From contig CM022678.1 in NCBI GenBank assembly GCA_012295275.1, positions 14,694,001-14,758,000 of the forward strand: 64,000 nt of DNA, in the 5' to 3' direction. How positions within the stretch are numbered: position 1 is the stretch's first letter; each line of letters opens with the position of its first letter. This document shows, one piece after another, positions 1 through 13,476 of this stretch. Below the pieces are notes generated by a model. That model saw only the letters and a list, made by a program, of their open reading frames with translations, was not told the DNA's origin and ran no database searches. The stretch is from Chrysomallon squamiferum (lineage: Eukaryota; Animalia; Mollusca). The translations under genes were made by a program, and so were the position numbers.

Positions 1-1284
1 ATCCTCTGCTTAGAGACCTACCACTGGATGTTACACTGGAAGAAGTGACATCTGCTATTGCTCTCGAGTATGGTCAGGCCATGACAGTTTATGTCAACAG
101 AGCTGATGGGAAAACCATGCGTATGTTTTAATTCAGAAAAGTGTAAACAACAAAATAAAGTAGCTTTTTTTGCAAATTATCATCAAGGATTTAGAATGTA
201 CACACACACACACACACACAAATATGATTTAACTCAAGTAATTGGCCAAAAGTATATTTATATATATTATTGAATATGTATTTTACATTTTTAAATTATG
301 TGGGTCGTTGTTTTTTATTTGTATATGGAAAATAATAATAGTAAAAATGGTACTTAATAAATTGATCCAACATTTTTAATATGACAGATTATTATAGCAA
401 AAAATATAATGATATAAGACATGGAATGTTAATAATTTTTTATTTATTTTATTATTATTTTGTTGTAGCTGTTGTTGTTCAGCAGGATGCAACAGTGCAG
501 GATTTGAAACATGCAATTAGAAGATATTTGACATTACAAGAAGATCGACGAGATGGAATCAAACACATCAGCTGGTGAATATTTATTTTACATCAGACTT
601 CTCTAATCCAAAGCCAAAAATCTACAGATTTATCATATTTTAATAAACTGTTGGACTATATTTTTTCCATGCCAAGCTTCTCATTATGTTTGTAAATTAA
701 ACTGAATTTAAAAGAAATATGTTAAATAAATACTTTTAAAATTGAATATATATTACATTACTATCATTATTAGTTATATTTGGATAAGCCACTTCAGAAT
801 ATAATCATAATTTCAATGTTTTAATAATGGGTTGCATGTTTACATTTGAAAAACTGGCTAAATTTTGCAGGAGATATATCTGGAAAAGAAACTGGCTTTA
901 TTTTGAAGGACAAAAACTTAGTGAGAATAGCAAAAAATTGAAAGAGTAAGTATCAGAATGTAAAATAAGTTCTTCTTTTAAAAAATATATTGAGTTTCAA
1001 AAATTATTAATTGTATTTTCAAACTGAATATACTTCTATACTTTTTGGAATTTTATTACATAACTTTCTTTAAAATACATTTAAAATGATTAATAATGGC
1101 ATATGAGAAAACAATTTTTTGTATAGTGATTACTTTTCGTTATTGTCATGTATTTGCTTAATGATTTATTTTTTTTTCCTTTATTTCTGTTTTTTAATAT
1201 AATCAGCTTCCATTCTGTTTCAGATATGGTATAACGAACAAAGCAACTGTGACATTCATAAACAGATTGAAACAGAAAAGGTAA
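1..1284 (+). CDS. SNRNP25: U11/U12 snRNP 25 kDa protein (minor spliceosome), 5' end outside window
   Basis: Exons <1-120, 469-574, 871-945, 1224-1284 (TAA), all GT-AG and phase-consistent. Spliced product ..DPLLRDLPLDVTLEEVTSAIALEYGQAMTVYVNRADGKTMPVVVQQDATVQDLKHAIRRYLTLQEDRRDGIKHISWRYIWKRNWLYFEGQKLSENSKKLKEYGITNKATVTFINRLKQKR* matches recalled SNRNP25 motifs (ALEYGQAM, HISW, ubiquitin-like fold). Confidence 0.93.
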
Positions 1285-1998
1285 CATCACTGCAAAACGA
1301 ATAAGAATGGAATAAAGTAATAAAAAATCTAAGGAGAACATTTTAAAAGAGAAGAGGTGCAGTGGCCATTCGGTGATTAAGAGATGCCTACATTTTCTAA
1401 GATGACAAAATTATTTCTAGCAAGATCATCTGACTGGCTTGCAGCAAAATCCAGTCTTCTGAAACTGGATTAGCAGAATGAGCTGTTATTTCTTGCTGTG
1501 GTAGTTTTTACTAACTGTCGATCAAGATGATGATGTGGGTTGTGTTTGCTCGTGTTTTAAAATTCCAGTCAGACGAACTATTTCATACTGCTCCAAGTTC
1601 ATTGTTTACTGAGAGGGTTGTCTGTTCCAAGTTGTAAAATTTTAGATGAAAAAGAACATCTACGAATATTTGTTTAAAATTTACATTTTAATTATTTATA
1701 TAATGAATAAATTTCTGGTACATTTTAATTAACAAACATAAATAGTACTTCAGACTGATGACAACGTGAAGAAAAAGTAAATGAGAGTTTATCTTCAGTT
1801 GGATTCATTTGACAATTTAACTTTTATTGGTTAAATATATTTTGTTTGATGGATGTTATTAACTTAAACTGTGATAGAAATAAAACATTTGTAAAAAAAA
1901 AGTTATGGTAGAATGAATTATTAAGTTACAGTTCACATTTCATTTTAAAATGACATTAATAATAAAAAAAAATAAAAAAATATAAATCCTTTGTATTA

Positions 1999-2644
1999 GG
2001 GTCATTCCGTGTCAAATCACCCCCAAAAAAAGAAATTTAAACCCTGACTGTCTCAGATTTTTATAAAACTTGGTATACTTGTTGACAAGAAAGATGGTGA
2101 TCCCTAGCATCCAGAATTGATCATTCAGGTTTTAGTTAGTCAGATGTTAATGGCTGAAAAGGTGTTATTTTCATGTACGTGCATTTTTTAAATCTATATT
2201 GTGGCTAAACAAAAAATATTACACCCAGGAAACTTTTATATGTTTTAGTTAACATGTGGGAGATTAAATTTCAATAAAGGTTATATCAAGATCACGTGAT
2301 CCACACGGTCAATTTCAAGGTCATAGCAAAGGTCAAAAGGTCAAGGTACTCCAATATTTTCCAAACAGATTTGGAATCCTTGTCATTTTGCCTTTCTAAC
2401 AATACCAATTTTATGAAGATTGGCCCAGTAGTTCCTGAGATACAAGGGTTCTAAGGTTGGTGGTCACACCCATTTTTGGCAAAAATCTCAAAATTCGGTG
2501 GGCCATATCTCCACACCACTGGTCTGATTGGGCTAACATTTCAGATTTGGTGCTGTGGGATCCCAGTCAACAAGTATACCAAATTTCATAAAAATCTGAG
2601 ACGGTCAGGTTTAAACCATTGGGTGATTTGACACGGAATGACCC
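1999..2644. mobile_element. Non-autonomous DNA transposon (MITE), GGG termini, 4-bp ATTA TSD; possibly Sola2-type
   Basis: Perfect 24-bp TIR GGGTCATTCCGTGTCAAATCACCC (1999-2022; reverse complement 2621-2644). Imperfect sub-terminal inverted repeat ~2041-2086 / ~2566-2611. ATTA on both flanks (1995-1998, 2645-2648). No ORF. Superfamily is inferred from GRG ends plus a 4-bp TSD. Confidence 0.85.
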
Positions 2645-2822
2645 ATTAAGTATTAAACTGTTAACATTCCTGCAGAAATTTCTGATAAAAATGATTCTAG
2701 ATGGAACAGCCTCGAATGAGAAAATTAAATAATAAACTATCAGTTAAATATTTTCATAATGCAATTTATTATCAAAGAAAATTGTCCAGAAATTTGTTTG
2801 AAATGTATCACAGATGTTAAAA

Positions 2823-5800
2823 TCATGGTACTTCATCCACAATATGTTTCTCTTTCTCTGGAACATGTGGCACTGTTCCTGCTGCCTGGTGAGCTCTCCG
2901 ATTTGCCTCTCTGAAAGTCACAATTAACATTGTTTAATAATAGAAATAAAATAGTAATTTACATTTATAAATTATGTAAGTATGCTTTATAATACATTCA
3001 TTTCTTCAACAAAACTTGTATATATATATTTATATTTATCAACCAGTATTTTGTGCTGGTCTATCATTCAACATTCATTCACTGCATTCACAAGATTAAA
3101 ATATTTAATAATGGTTAATGCAATTTAATTTAAATACAATAACTAAGTTTGTAAATATTATAAACAATAAAATCAGAATACTACTACTAAACATGACTGA
3201 AATAATTTTATTATATTGTTACACTGTATGCAATAATAATTATTATTTACACATTATGTAAGTAAGCATATACTAGAGATTTTCAGTAAATATATTTAAC
3301 CAATAAAAGTGCTATGTACATAAAATTTTAAATATTAATTTGTTAGTATAATTTGATTTAAGTAAGACAGCAAGTAAACAATTTTATGTTATAAATAATA
3401 GTAAAATGAAATCTAATTATAACAACATGGCATTTAAAATTAGCTAGGAGTAATTTTTAAAATGTTAGATGTTGGATGCACATACTTTCTTTTCTGAGAT
3501 TCTCTGATAATCTTGTACTCTTTAGCAGCATTGTAAATCATCTTTGGCACATGGCGATGGCGAGAAATCCTCTTTACTTCAGGATGATGCTGGAATTTCT
3601 CCTTCAATTTCTCTGCATATTGCAAAGCTGTTTTTTCTCTGGGTTTCAGCTAAAAATAGTATTTAAAGTAGTGGTTAAAAACATTAATTATTTTTAGAAG
3701 TATTTAGTAAATTATATAATCTAGAGCAGAAAATAACAAAGATTGTAATGCAAGAGAAAATTAAGAACAAAAAATCAGAAAAGTTATTTGTATCAAGTCA
3801 AAAACTCAATAAAGTAAAAGGCCAGGTAACCAGCCACTGATCTAGACTAATGAAGACTAGGAAATTATGATTTAGATCTGATCCTACCATAGCATCTTGA
3901 TTGTATTTTTTACTTCATAAGAAAGTCATAAATTGAAACAGTGTGCTTCTATGACAGATTTTAGTGTTTACGTAACTATCGGACATTTCAGGCACTCAGT
4001 ACGTCAGTCAAAAACTGAATCATTTTAATGAGAAATACAAAGTCTTACAGCTCCAAGTTTCTCCGAAGCTCTTGCTTTCCATATTCTGATGTTCATCTCA
4101 TCCGAGCCTGACAGAATATATTTGTTGTCCAATGACCACCGAACAGTTGCCACCCTCTGCATTCTTTTTGTATGATAAACATCTCTGAAAAACAAATTAA
4201 AATAATTTCATCTGAAAACATTCTATGCACAAAAGTTATATAATGGTAGATAAAATCTTAAGTAGCAGATAATATTTTTGTTCCTATTCAAATAAATAAA
4301 ACAATATATAAGCATTATACACACATACATTTGTTAAGCACATACCTTTAAGATACTTAAAATTTTGATTATTATAAAATTTAATGCAATAATAAACTTT
4401 TTTTTAAATGTTATACCTGCTGTGACCTTTGTCTAGAGGGTAAATTCTGATGGATTTGTCATAACCTGCAGTTACAAATTCTCTGCCAGTTGGAGAGTAA
4501 TCAACATCAAGAACTGTAGCAGAAATAAAAGACTATTTTACTTAACAAGTAAATAAGATTTTAAACAAGAATTTCATTATAAGGAAGTTATAAAATTATA
4601 CCTTGTTAAACCAGGTTTATATTTGAAATATGCACAGAGTGAAACGTGTTATTACAAAATAATAAATTATAAAAAACAAAATTTTTTAAAATGCTGGTGC
4701 AGAGGCTTGAGAAAATACAAATATTGTAATATTATAAACTTTTTCCTTGAAAGTCATTAAATCTTACCTGCAGATACGTGATCCATGTGAATATTGAGAG
4801 GCACTTTCAGATTTCTCATGTCAAAAGTATATAAACTGAAAAACAAAGAATAAATATTTCATGGAAAACACTGTCCAGTTTGTTAGACTTAAAATAAAAA
4901 AAATGTCTGTATTGTGGAACATTTAATATTGAGTTTTCTAGCAAAAATGAATATTAAAATTCAAGAAGTGATAATTGCAGAAATGCTAATATTCATAATA
5001 TTTAAACAAATACAGTAGTAATGTTATTTTATTTTTATGTTGTGAGTCTGAATAGTTTATATTAAGTAAAAATATAAAGCAGCCTACTTATAATCTTCAT
5101 TTGCAACTGTAAAAATAAATGCCTCCATTGGGTTCCAAGCAATAGCATTTGATTTCAGCTTCAAAATAACCTGCAACAAAATTTAAAATTATCATATGTA
5201 TACAAAACACTAACATGGGAAGTGCTTTTAGTTAAATTCTGTTTCATAACAATAATAAGAAGAAGAAGAAGAAGAAGAAGAAGCAGCAGAAGTAGAAGAA
5301 GATGATGATTATCATGATGATAACAATAACAATAAATAATACCCCTGTTTATATTATGATTTGATAATAATGTTCTGAAAGAAATACAACTAAATCACAG
5401 GATTAATGATAAAAATCAAACGAAACCCCCACCATCCTTTATTAAATAAAGAATAAAAATGATTAGTTTATGTATCTAATTTATTGCATAATCAGACATT
5501 TGCTACAATTACCTTTCTAAGTGGGACTGACCCTCTCATGTCGTACAGCAGAATACTTCGATCAGAGGCCGTCGCAGCAAGTATGTGTGTCTAAAAGTAA
5601 ACAAACAAAAATTAAAAATAAAATCAAGTGTTTAATACAAATAGTCTTTACAAGGAGGTCTTTATTTCCTGAAACACTAAACATGTAAACAAACAAAAAG
5701 TAAAAGTAAAAACAAATGTGTTTTACATATAATACAAATAGAATTTACAAGTAGGTCTTTATTTTTTGACATCTACTTCATCTATTTAGGAGAAGATTGA

Positions 5801-6144
5801 TAGAAAAACTGAAAACTTTTAACCTGAGTTATACTTCAGTCTTTCAGTTTACTTGGTATTTCTGTTGATAATATCTGTTTAACTTCTCACTGCTTACCAT
5901 GTTACATTTTACACTGTATGTAAATACATATCGTGAAGTAAATACTTATTTAAAACATACCAATTAGCCAAAATTAATGCTTTTTAAACCCAGTCTTGTT
6001 TTTATTAATAATATCATTCTCTATATGTGCTCCTAATATTTTAGAGACCAAAAATGGATATTGCAACAGTCAGATATTTTGCTGAATAGTTTAGGTAAAA
6101 GGTATAATATATGTTTGTTTGGAAGCTTGAGGTTCAAATAATTT

Positions 6145-6202
<58 letters not shown>

Positions 6203-8302
6203 CAACAACAATGATAAATAAATACATTTTCTATACATACGTCTACAGGGTTAAACTTGACATGATGTGTACTGTCAACTCCCCACGTAAAACTTCTTAC
6301 AGGTTCTGTTCTCTCCTCATCCCAGATATCAACTGATTCACCACTCGTTGCAAATACATTTTCTGACCAGTGGTGATCCATTGATTGAAAAACGGTCTGA
6401 AAATAAGTACAAATTAAAATTTAATTTTTAAAATTAAGATATGAAAATATTTTTTTTTAAAAGGAAATTAAAAATAAAATAAAAATGCTGACAGGATAAA
6501 ATAAAACTGTTTATTACAAACCTTGCCGAGTATTGTGTTCATTGGTTCATCAGCTACAGAACCATCTTCATCTATGCTCCACTGCTTTATAGTTTTATCT
6601 GTGCCACACTGAAAATAAAATAAAATAAGTAAGATTATTTTTAATATGGTTGACTTAATTTAAGGGATTAACGGCGTCAATGGGAGACCAGAGTTGTGAA
6701 ATACCGTATACACTTGTGTATAAGTCGAATTTTTGGGAGACTATATTAAGGTAATATTTTGGGGGTCGACTTATACATAGGTAATGCTTTTGTAGCTGTT
6801 GCTGAAGAGTCGCCATTTTGACTATTTTTTGCTACGGGATGCATCTAAAATAATCGCGGTCTTTCAGCTTTTCAAAAATATAATTTTATCATATAAAAAA
6901 TGTTGAAAAATTAAATAACAAAACCAAATGTGAATGTAAAACATGATATTCTTCCGTTTAATGACATAAAAATACATTTTAAAGCGAGAAAACCGTCAGT
7001 ACGGCGTTATGCCTTACGGCATCTTGCAATGATTTAGGCTATAGCTCATGTAATACATGCATTTATATTACTATGGTATGTTCGTGCAAGTTATGTTACA
7101 GTAGGCGTACAATGTAGGCCTTCATGGCACTGTCACACTGGTCTAAAAATAGTGACAGTGCCTGGAATCTACAGTCGACTTATACACAAGTAACACTAAA
7201 ATGATGCAATTTGTGGTCTTAAAATACACATCGACTTATACATAAGGTCGCCTTGTACACAAGTATATACGGTATGAATGTTTTAAATTAAACAATTTTA
7301 ATAATTTTAAATATATAATATAATCAGGAAATATCTTTAATATTAATATTAACAAGTAAAAACATGTTAATTATATACTAGTAATAAAATATCTTAAAAA
7401 AAGAAAACTAACTGAGAAAAAGTATTTTCCATCTTGATGTGCACAGAGTCCTTGAACAAAACCATCATGAGCTTGTATTGACTTCATGCAGGTACGTTTT
7501 GCTAAATTCCATAGACGAACCTAAGATAAATAGAATAATTTTAAAAAATAAAATAATAATAATAATAACCATGGAATAAAATACTGGGAAGTAGAAAAAA
7601 CAAGACTACATTTCTATCCAGTGAAAATTCAAACATGTTATTTACATTTAAAGTAATAGCACACTATATTATCTCTCTAATAAAGTAATCTGTTGAGTAT
7701 GTATTAGTTACATTAACATGTCTATCTCAATAATATAATTTGTTAAAACAGCTAACTAATATAAACATATTTTAAAATGCTATGTTCATCAGATTTTGTT
7801 TTGCTTGTATTAAAAAATATAAATTTTCCAACAGTTCTTTAAAGGTTTATTCTGAGAAATGATAAAAGGAACTTTTACATACCTCCCCATCACAAGCTCC
7901 TGACAGAAGGAATGACAGACTTGTGGGATGTTTACATAACCTGTGTACTCCATCTCTGTGACCATCTAATGAACCTAGAAATGGCTTGGCAAATACTCTT
8001 TCTAATTTGGTGAAATTCAAGGCACGGACATACTCTCTTGGTGCTTCAAATGGGTGAAGGCTTGGATCATAGTTCCTAGGAACTGAAACACAATTTGAAA
8101 TAATAATAATTTTTGGAAATATTAAACAGTTTATAAACAAATTACAGCTATTTAAACTATTCTAATTTCTACTATTCTTCTATGAATTATGATACGAAAC
8201 TTAGTCTAAGTCTTCCCAGATTCAGCAAGATCAGTAAATAATCGACAGATTCTGAGATTGAAAATTTATCACAAAACAATAACACGTAACATGTTGATGA
8301 TT

Positions 8303-8342
<40 letters not shown>

Positions 8343-8540
8343 TATTAAATACTATTTGTTTTATAATTTATAATAAATTAATTTAATAGTAATTTAAATA
8401 ACGAAGAAATTAACAAAAACATTGACGACAGATTTTACAAAAATTTATCATAAATGATTATGATACATACCTTTCTGAATGTCCCTTTTTGTTTCTCGCA
8501 AATAATTATCTGGATTTCGCGACAAAACCTTAATTCTCAT
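2823..8540 (-). CDS. DCAF13: DDB1- and CUL4-associated factor 13 (Sof1/WDSOF1), SSU processome WD40 protein, 444 aa
   Basis: 12 exons in transcript order: 8540-8471, 8082-7883, 7520-7413, 6608-6522, 6396-6241, 5590-5513, 5170-5088, 4835-4768, 4513-4417, 4184-4049, 3649-3486, 2910-2823. Total 1335 nt, all GT-AG. Starts MRIKVLSRNPDNYLRETKRDIQKVPRNYDPSLHPFEAPREYVRALNFTKLERVFAKPF; contains WNPMEAFIF, SGSDEMNIRIWKA and the Sof1 C-terminus KRISRHRHVPK. Confidence 0.96.
6146..6200. repeat. (TAA)n microsatellite in a DCAF13 intron
   Basis: Directly visible; explains the poly-I and poly-Y ORFs at 6033-6381. Confidence 0.9.
6704..7272. mobile_element. Tc1/mariner superfamily MITE (Tc2/pogo-like CCGTATA ends), copy 1, in DCAF13 intron 3
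   Basis: TA|CCGTATACACTTGTGTA ... TACACAAGTATATACGG|TA; TA TSD at 6702-6703 and 7273-7274; internal repeats of TCGACTTATAC. Near-identical second copy at 34755-35340. Confidence 0.9.
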
Positions 8541-8699
8541 TTTGCATATACTTACTTAATGGTGCTTTCGTACGATTATAACAAACGACGCATGTATTCT
8601 GTAGGCGCAGCCATTAGTCTCGATACCTCTACTAGTCTAAAATTGTAATAATCGAGATGAAACACGAACTTATATAATATATACACTATACAGTTATAA

Positions 8700-8735
<36 letters not shown>

Positions 8736-9643
8736 GTTTATTATTGGCGTTTTATATTTAATCACGTTAAACTGTCGAAATCTAGCAAAAATAATTTTAT
8801 GGTGAATTATGACTTGATAGGCTAGATAAATATACCCACATGCACACACAATGTTCAAAAGACGCTGGTCTAGAGTCTAGCAGTTTGACATTACAGTTTA
8901 AATGATTATTGAAATCAGTTTTGAAATTTTCCTTGAATGATTTTGATGTTATTAGCGTGATGAAAAATGTATTATACTGAAATTATACTGGAAAACCTTT
9001 ATTACAATTATTTTCCAAAGATCTATTACAATTTACTGTATTATAAATTTTATATATTAATAAATTTAAAATAATACATAGATTAATTGATATTTAATTT
9101 ATATTTAAATGGGAGTTTCACGTAACATTAAATGTTTTCTTATTCATTTTACATGCTCTGTACATACTTCTGTAAATTAAAATTAAACAAGTACCTAAGC
9201 GTATAATCAAAACTGTTGTTAATCAACTTCTTTTGATAAGCATCATCTCCAGAAATTATAGATACAAAAATTGTTTCAAAATATTTTGTTTTACTACTGA
9301 TGTCATTAAAATATATACATAAATAAAAATTAAAACTGAAATTAAAATTAAATATAAAAAAGTCGTATTAGTTATGGTGTGCTTTTTAATAGTACATTGG
9401 CCCCAAATAATTAATGAACTGTATGATGGTAATAAATTTTATTTTTACTGTTTAAATAAAATAGGATAATTCCATTACATCAATGCTTATCCAACTATTA
9501 ATTTCTTTGCCTGTTAATTTGCCATTACAGGAAGTAAGAGCTGTCTAGTCATGGCGATCACTGAATGGTCAAACAATGAACTTCATTGTGAGATTCATTT
9601 GAAGGGAAGTAACTGTAAGATATTTGTTTTCACGGAAGACAAG
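8541..9643. promoter_or_regulatory. Divergent (head-to-head) promoter region of DCAF13 and ABT1
   Basis: Start codons 1.1 kb apart on opposite strands. GGAAG (ETS-like) motifs near 9530, 9605 and 9633, and a YY1-like AAGATGGC overlapping the ABT1 ATG (9641-9648). Confidence 0.55.
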
Positions 9644-11125
9644 ATGGCCTCGCTGGAAGAGAGTCCATCAAAACCAGTAAAATACAAAAAGAAAATTACC
9701 TCTGGCATTATTTATCTTAGTAGAATACCATCTTCAATGAATGTTAAGAAAATACGTCAAGTTTTTGGAGAATTTGGAGAAGTGGACAGACTATTTTTAC
9801 AACCTGATGGTAAGCAATTACTGAAAGTGACAATCACCGATTGAATCGGTGAATCACATCTTTGAATGTGAAATTAACATAACATTGTAGAATGTCTTTA
9901 ACATCACTCAGTTAGAAGTAAAAGTAATTAACAATAACAATATTAACTGTGCTGTGCATTCAGTTAAAAAGTATCCCGAACTGTGTACAAATTCCGGAAT
10001 AGCTGAGTCATGTAAATTGTTTTTTACTTTTTACCAAAGCTGTTATTTTAGTGTAAGATCTAACGGTTAGAGAAGTTTTATAACGTTATGCAGCAACTAC
10101 AAATAATAAAAATTAATAATAACAAAACAACAACAACAACAACAACAAAAAATAAAAAATAAATAATAAAAAAATAAAAATTATTAAAATTTTAAAAACA
10201 CAACCTATCATCACTTTAAAATGATATTTCTTTAGTCTTTTGAAGTTAGAGGTGTTAATAATTAGAATTTCCAAAGTTCAAACTGTTCAGTTACAATTCC
10301 ACTACATTTAACTTTTAAACATAAAGTATGTTAACACTATATAACATTGTCCTAATAAGGGTCAGTAAAGAGCTACAAATTCCATTGGGGTCGACAGTCA
10401 AAAATATTTAGGAACCAATGCTATAGCAACATGATTTTACAATACAGTCAGTGTCAAATAAACTGTCATGGTCTTGAATTACGACAAAAATGGTTAAATA
10501 CAATTAAAAACCATTTAATTTCAGAATTTAATAACATTAAAAAATTATTCATTGTGCTTTTTTCTTTGTTTTTATTAGGAAGGATATTCAATTATCTGAT
10601 AATAATGAAATTATGAATTTTCTATTTACAGACAAAAACTACAGTGCTAAAAAAGGCCGAACATTCTCAGAAGGGTGGATTGAATTCAGAGACAAAAGAA
10701 TTGCTAAAAGAATTGCTTTAATGTTAAATAACACCCAGATTGGAGGCAAGAAACGAAACAAATGGTATGATGAAATCTGGAACATTAAGTACCTGCCAAA
10801 ATTCAGATGGGCTCATTTAAATGAGAGACTTGCATATGAAAGAGCAGTTCATGAACAGAGAATGCGAACGGAGATCTCTCAGGCTAAACGTGAGGCAAAT
10901 TTCCACATAGAAAATATTAGCAAAAGTACAAAGTTAAATGAAATAGAAAAGCGAAAAAGGAAAACAGGTGAGACGCTGAAAGTGAGAAAAACTCACATAA
11001 AGTTAAGAGAGACAGAAGAGGAAATTATTTCTAAAAAGAGAAGAAAAGAGGAAAAACCATGTGCACTGACATCAGCCAATAATTCATCATTTTTGTCAAA
11101 ATTATTTACTGGTGGAAGTAAATAA
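9644..11125 (+). CDS. ABT1: Activator of basal transcription 1 (Esf2 ortholog), RRM protein, 219 aa
   Basis: Exons 9644-9809 and 10632-11125 (phase 1, GT-AG; 660 nt). Motifs SGIIYLSRIPSSM, FGEVDRLFLQP, FSEGWIEF, LNNTQIGGKK, IWNIKYLPKFRWAHLNERLAYE are characteristic of Esf2/ABT1. An upstream in-frame ATG at 9551 is possible but less likely. Confidence 0.94.
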
Positions 11126-12633
11126 AAATTTCTATGAATTTACTGGAATTCTTTTTTTCACTTCCTCTTTTAAAATTTTTATTATTATTACTACTGTTAA
11201 TGTATTGTGCACATTTGTTAATAATTAGTTTGATAAATTGGTAAAACTGATTATAATTTAATTTAAATATAAGTAATTTTTCATATTCGTGATTCATAAA
11301 CAAAGATGTGCCTACTGTTAATAATTATAAAACACAGGTTTTTCAGTTTTCTTTAATTAGCAGACTTGGTACAACAGATCTACTAGAACAATGAAATATA
11401 AAACTATACACACATTTAACAACAAGTCAATGATTTAAAAATAACAGATTCTAATAAAGTTTTAAATGGTGATAAACAATTTACTATAATAACATGATAT
11501 AATTTAGGCACACTGTGAACAAAGCAAATAAATAATTACAAAACATTGTATGTTGAAGGTGACTAACCTGTTTAAGGGTTAGTTGATTTTGAGCACTCTA
11601 ATACTTTTTATATTTTCTGTAGAGAATTTAATTTAAATATTTTTAAGACTATAATTTTCTCAACTGTATGTTTTCTTTTTACATAATGTGGAAAGCATTA
11701 ATAAAGATACCTATCTACTTACTTTATATGTAATTACTCAAAGCAATGTAAGATATATATTAATTCAAATTTCTATATAAACCACAAAAATATATAAATA
11801 TATAAATATGAATACCATTTTTTAAAAATATTATGCATACAAGACAAGCACCAGATACAGGAGAGAAGAAAAGGATAAAAAAGTAAGTATTCTTTAAGAA
11901 AATGCAAAACTTTAAAACTTTAATGTAAAAAAATATTTACAGTGGAAAAAAGAGTTTTCAAAGTTACTTATTTTGTAGCTGAAAGCTCAGCAAAAGTCTG
12001 ATCAGTTCTAATTTGATTTACATTAAAACAGTTGATCCATACAATATAATTATGTTGATGTATATATTTCAGTCAACAAAAACAATCCACAGGGTTAATA
12101 TATTTTGACAAACTGTAAGAACTTCAAGTGATTTACGTATTCTATTAATCCTATAAAAACATTGCTAATATATGAATATGGGTATGAAATCTAGATACAT
12201 TAAAATATTCAAAGATTTATTTAAATAATATTGTGCCTTTCTTAAGTCTGTTGTTTTTTGGTGTGTAGATTGAATTGCGGAATTTGGAGTGCAGATTGTA
12301 TGTTCCTAATAGTTTAATAACAGTCAATCTTAGATTTATACCACTTGCTTTACTTGTATGTGTATATACAGAAACACACATGCACACACACACACACACG
12401 CACGCACACACACACACACACATATATATAATATAAATACAGACAAAAAAAGCACCAATATAATTTTCTCTTGATTAACCTTTAGTAGTCTCAGTACATT
12501 GAGTTGTAACATAATTTCCAGTGTTCTGACTATGTTTTCATCAGTCCAGAACAATACCTGGGTATTATCTGTAATATGATAATACCCATCTCATATATGA
12601 ATCACTTGTGCTTGCAACTTCAAACAGTCTGTT

Positions 12634-12708
12634 GAGTGCACACGGTAAATTGATCCCAAGACCACCAGGACTCAGGCATGTGCTCTGTCACAGAGCTAAA
12701 GTTCACTC
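12634..12708 (-). mobile_element. Degenerate tRNA-derived SINE head (possible)
   Basis: Minus strand reads GAGTGAACTTTAGCTCTGTGACAGAGCACATGCCTGAGTCCTGGTGGTCTTGGGATCAATTTACC, with A-box-like (TAGCTCTGTGA) and B-box-like (GGATCAATTTACC) spacing; heavily decayed. Confidence 0.35.
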
Positions 12709-13207
12709 ACAAGGAATATGTTAAATAATACTAAGTACCTTAAAAAGTATTCAGAAAGACTGTAAACAAGCAAATAACTATACATTTAGGAAAGAAAATA
12801 ACCAAAATACTCATTGCCAACACAAAGGAGTAAATATATAAAACACTTTAAATATAAACAGCCACAAAATACAAAGAAATAATAAATTAAAAATGATAAA
12901 TGTACTATTAAATTAAAACAAATCTTTTACATGTCACAGAAGCAAATTCTTAAACTGTATTATTTATTAGACATACACTTGTTATGACAAATAACTTGGT
13001 GTTTAATGTTACTCTGGGTGGTAGAATATTTAAATAATCATTTAAGAAAATAAAGAGGATATTAAATGATGACTTATACTTCATTATGAAGGTGACATAT
13101 TTATATTGTTTTTCTATTAAAGGCACTCCAGAATTAGACAAAATGTAAACAAATTTTCTCTTTCTACTTTGAAAATGGCATTTATCTGAGAAAGTTTAAT
13201 TTACATA

Positions 13208-13302
13208 TTGATAAAGTTTATTTTTGTTGCACAGACAGATTAACTAATCTCATAAAAAGTACTAAAAATGTTTATGCATAAATAAAAAAAAATTATGCCA
13301 GT
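13208..13302 (-). repeat. ~95-bp duplicated block with AATAAA, downstream of dve module B stop
   Basis: Near-identical to 16820-16913; TTTATT (AATAAA on minus) at 13217-13222. Confidence 0.85.
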
Positions 13303-13476
13303 ATTTTTAAATAGAAGAAATGCTCAGATGAGATGTATTTGATCAGTTCATGATTTGAAATTGTTCTTTGATAAAACACAAGCACTGTTTGTAATGTTTG
13401 TCACAGCATTGTTCACAACGGCAATTGTCTAATCTCCAAACCACAATTTTCAGGTTAAAAAATACAAAATATGTAT

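Noticed and set aside
1448-1471. 8-bp hairpin AATCCAGT/ACTGGATT in the SNRNP25 3'UTR (SECIS or structured element?)
   Set aside because: Short stem expected by chance; no in-frame TGA in the visible CDS and no convincing SECIS core.
3940-4030. Possible intronic C/D snoRNA in DCAF13 intron 10
   Set aside because: Several CTGA but only a poor box C (ATGATTC) and no terminal stem or recognisable guide.
5597-5764. Diverged ~90-bp tandem duplication in DCAF13 intron 5 (similar one at ~60530-60700)
   Set aside because: Ordinary AT-rich intronic duplication with no functional signal.
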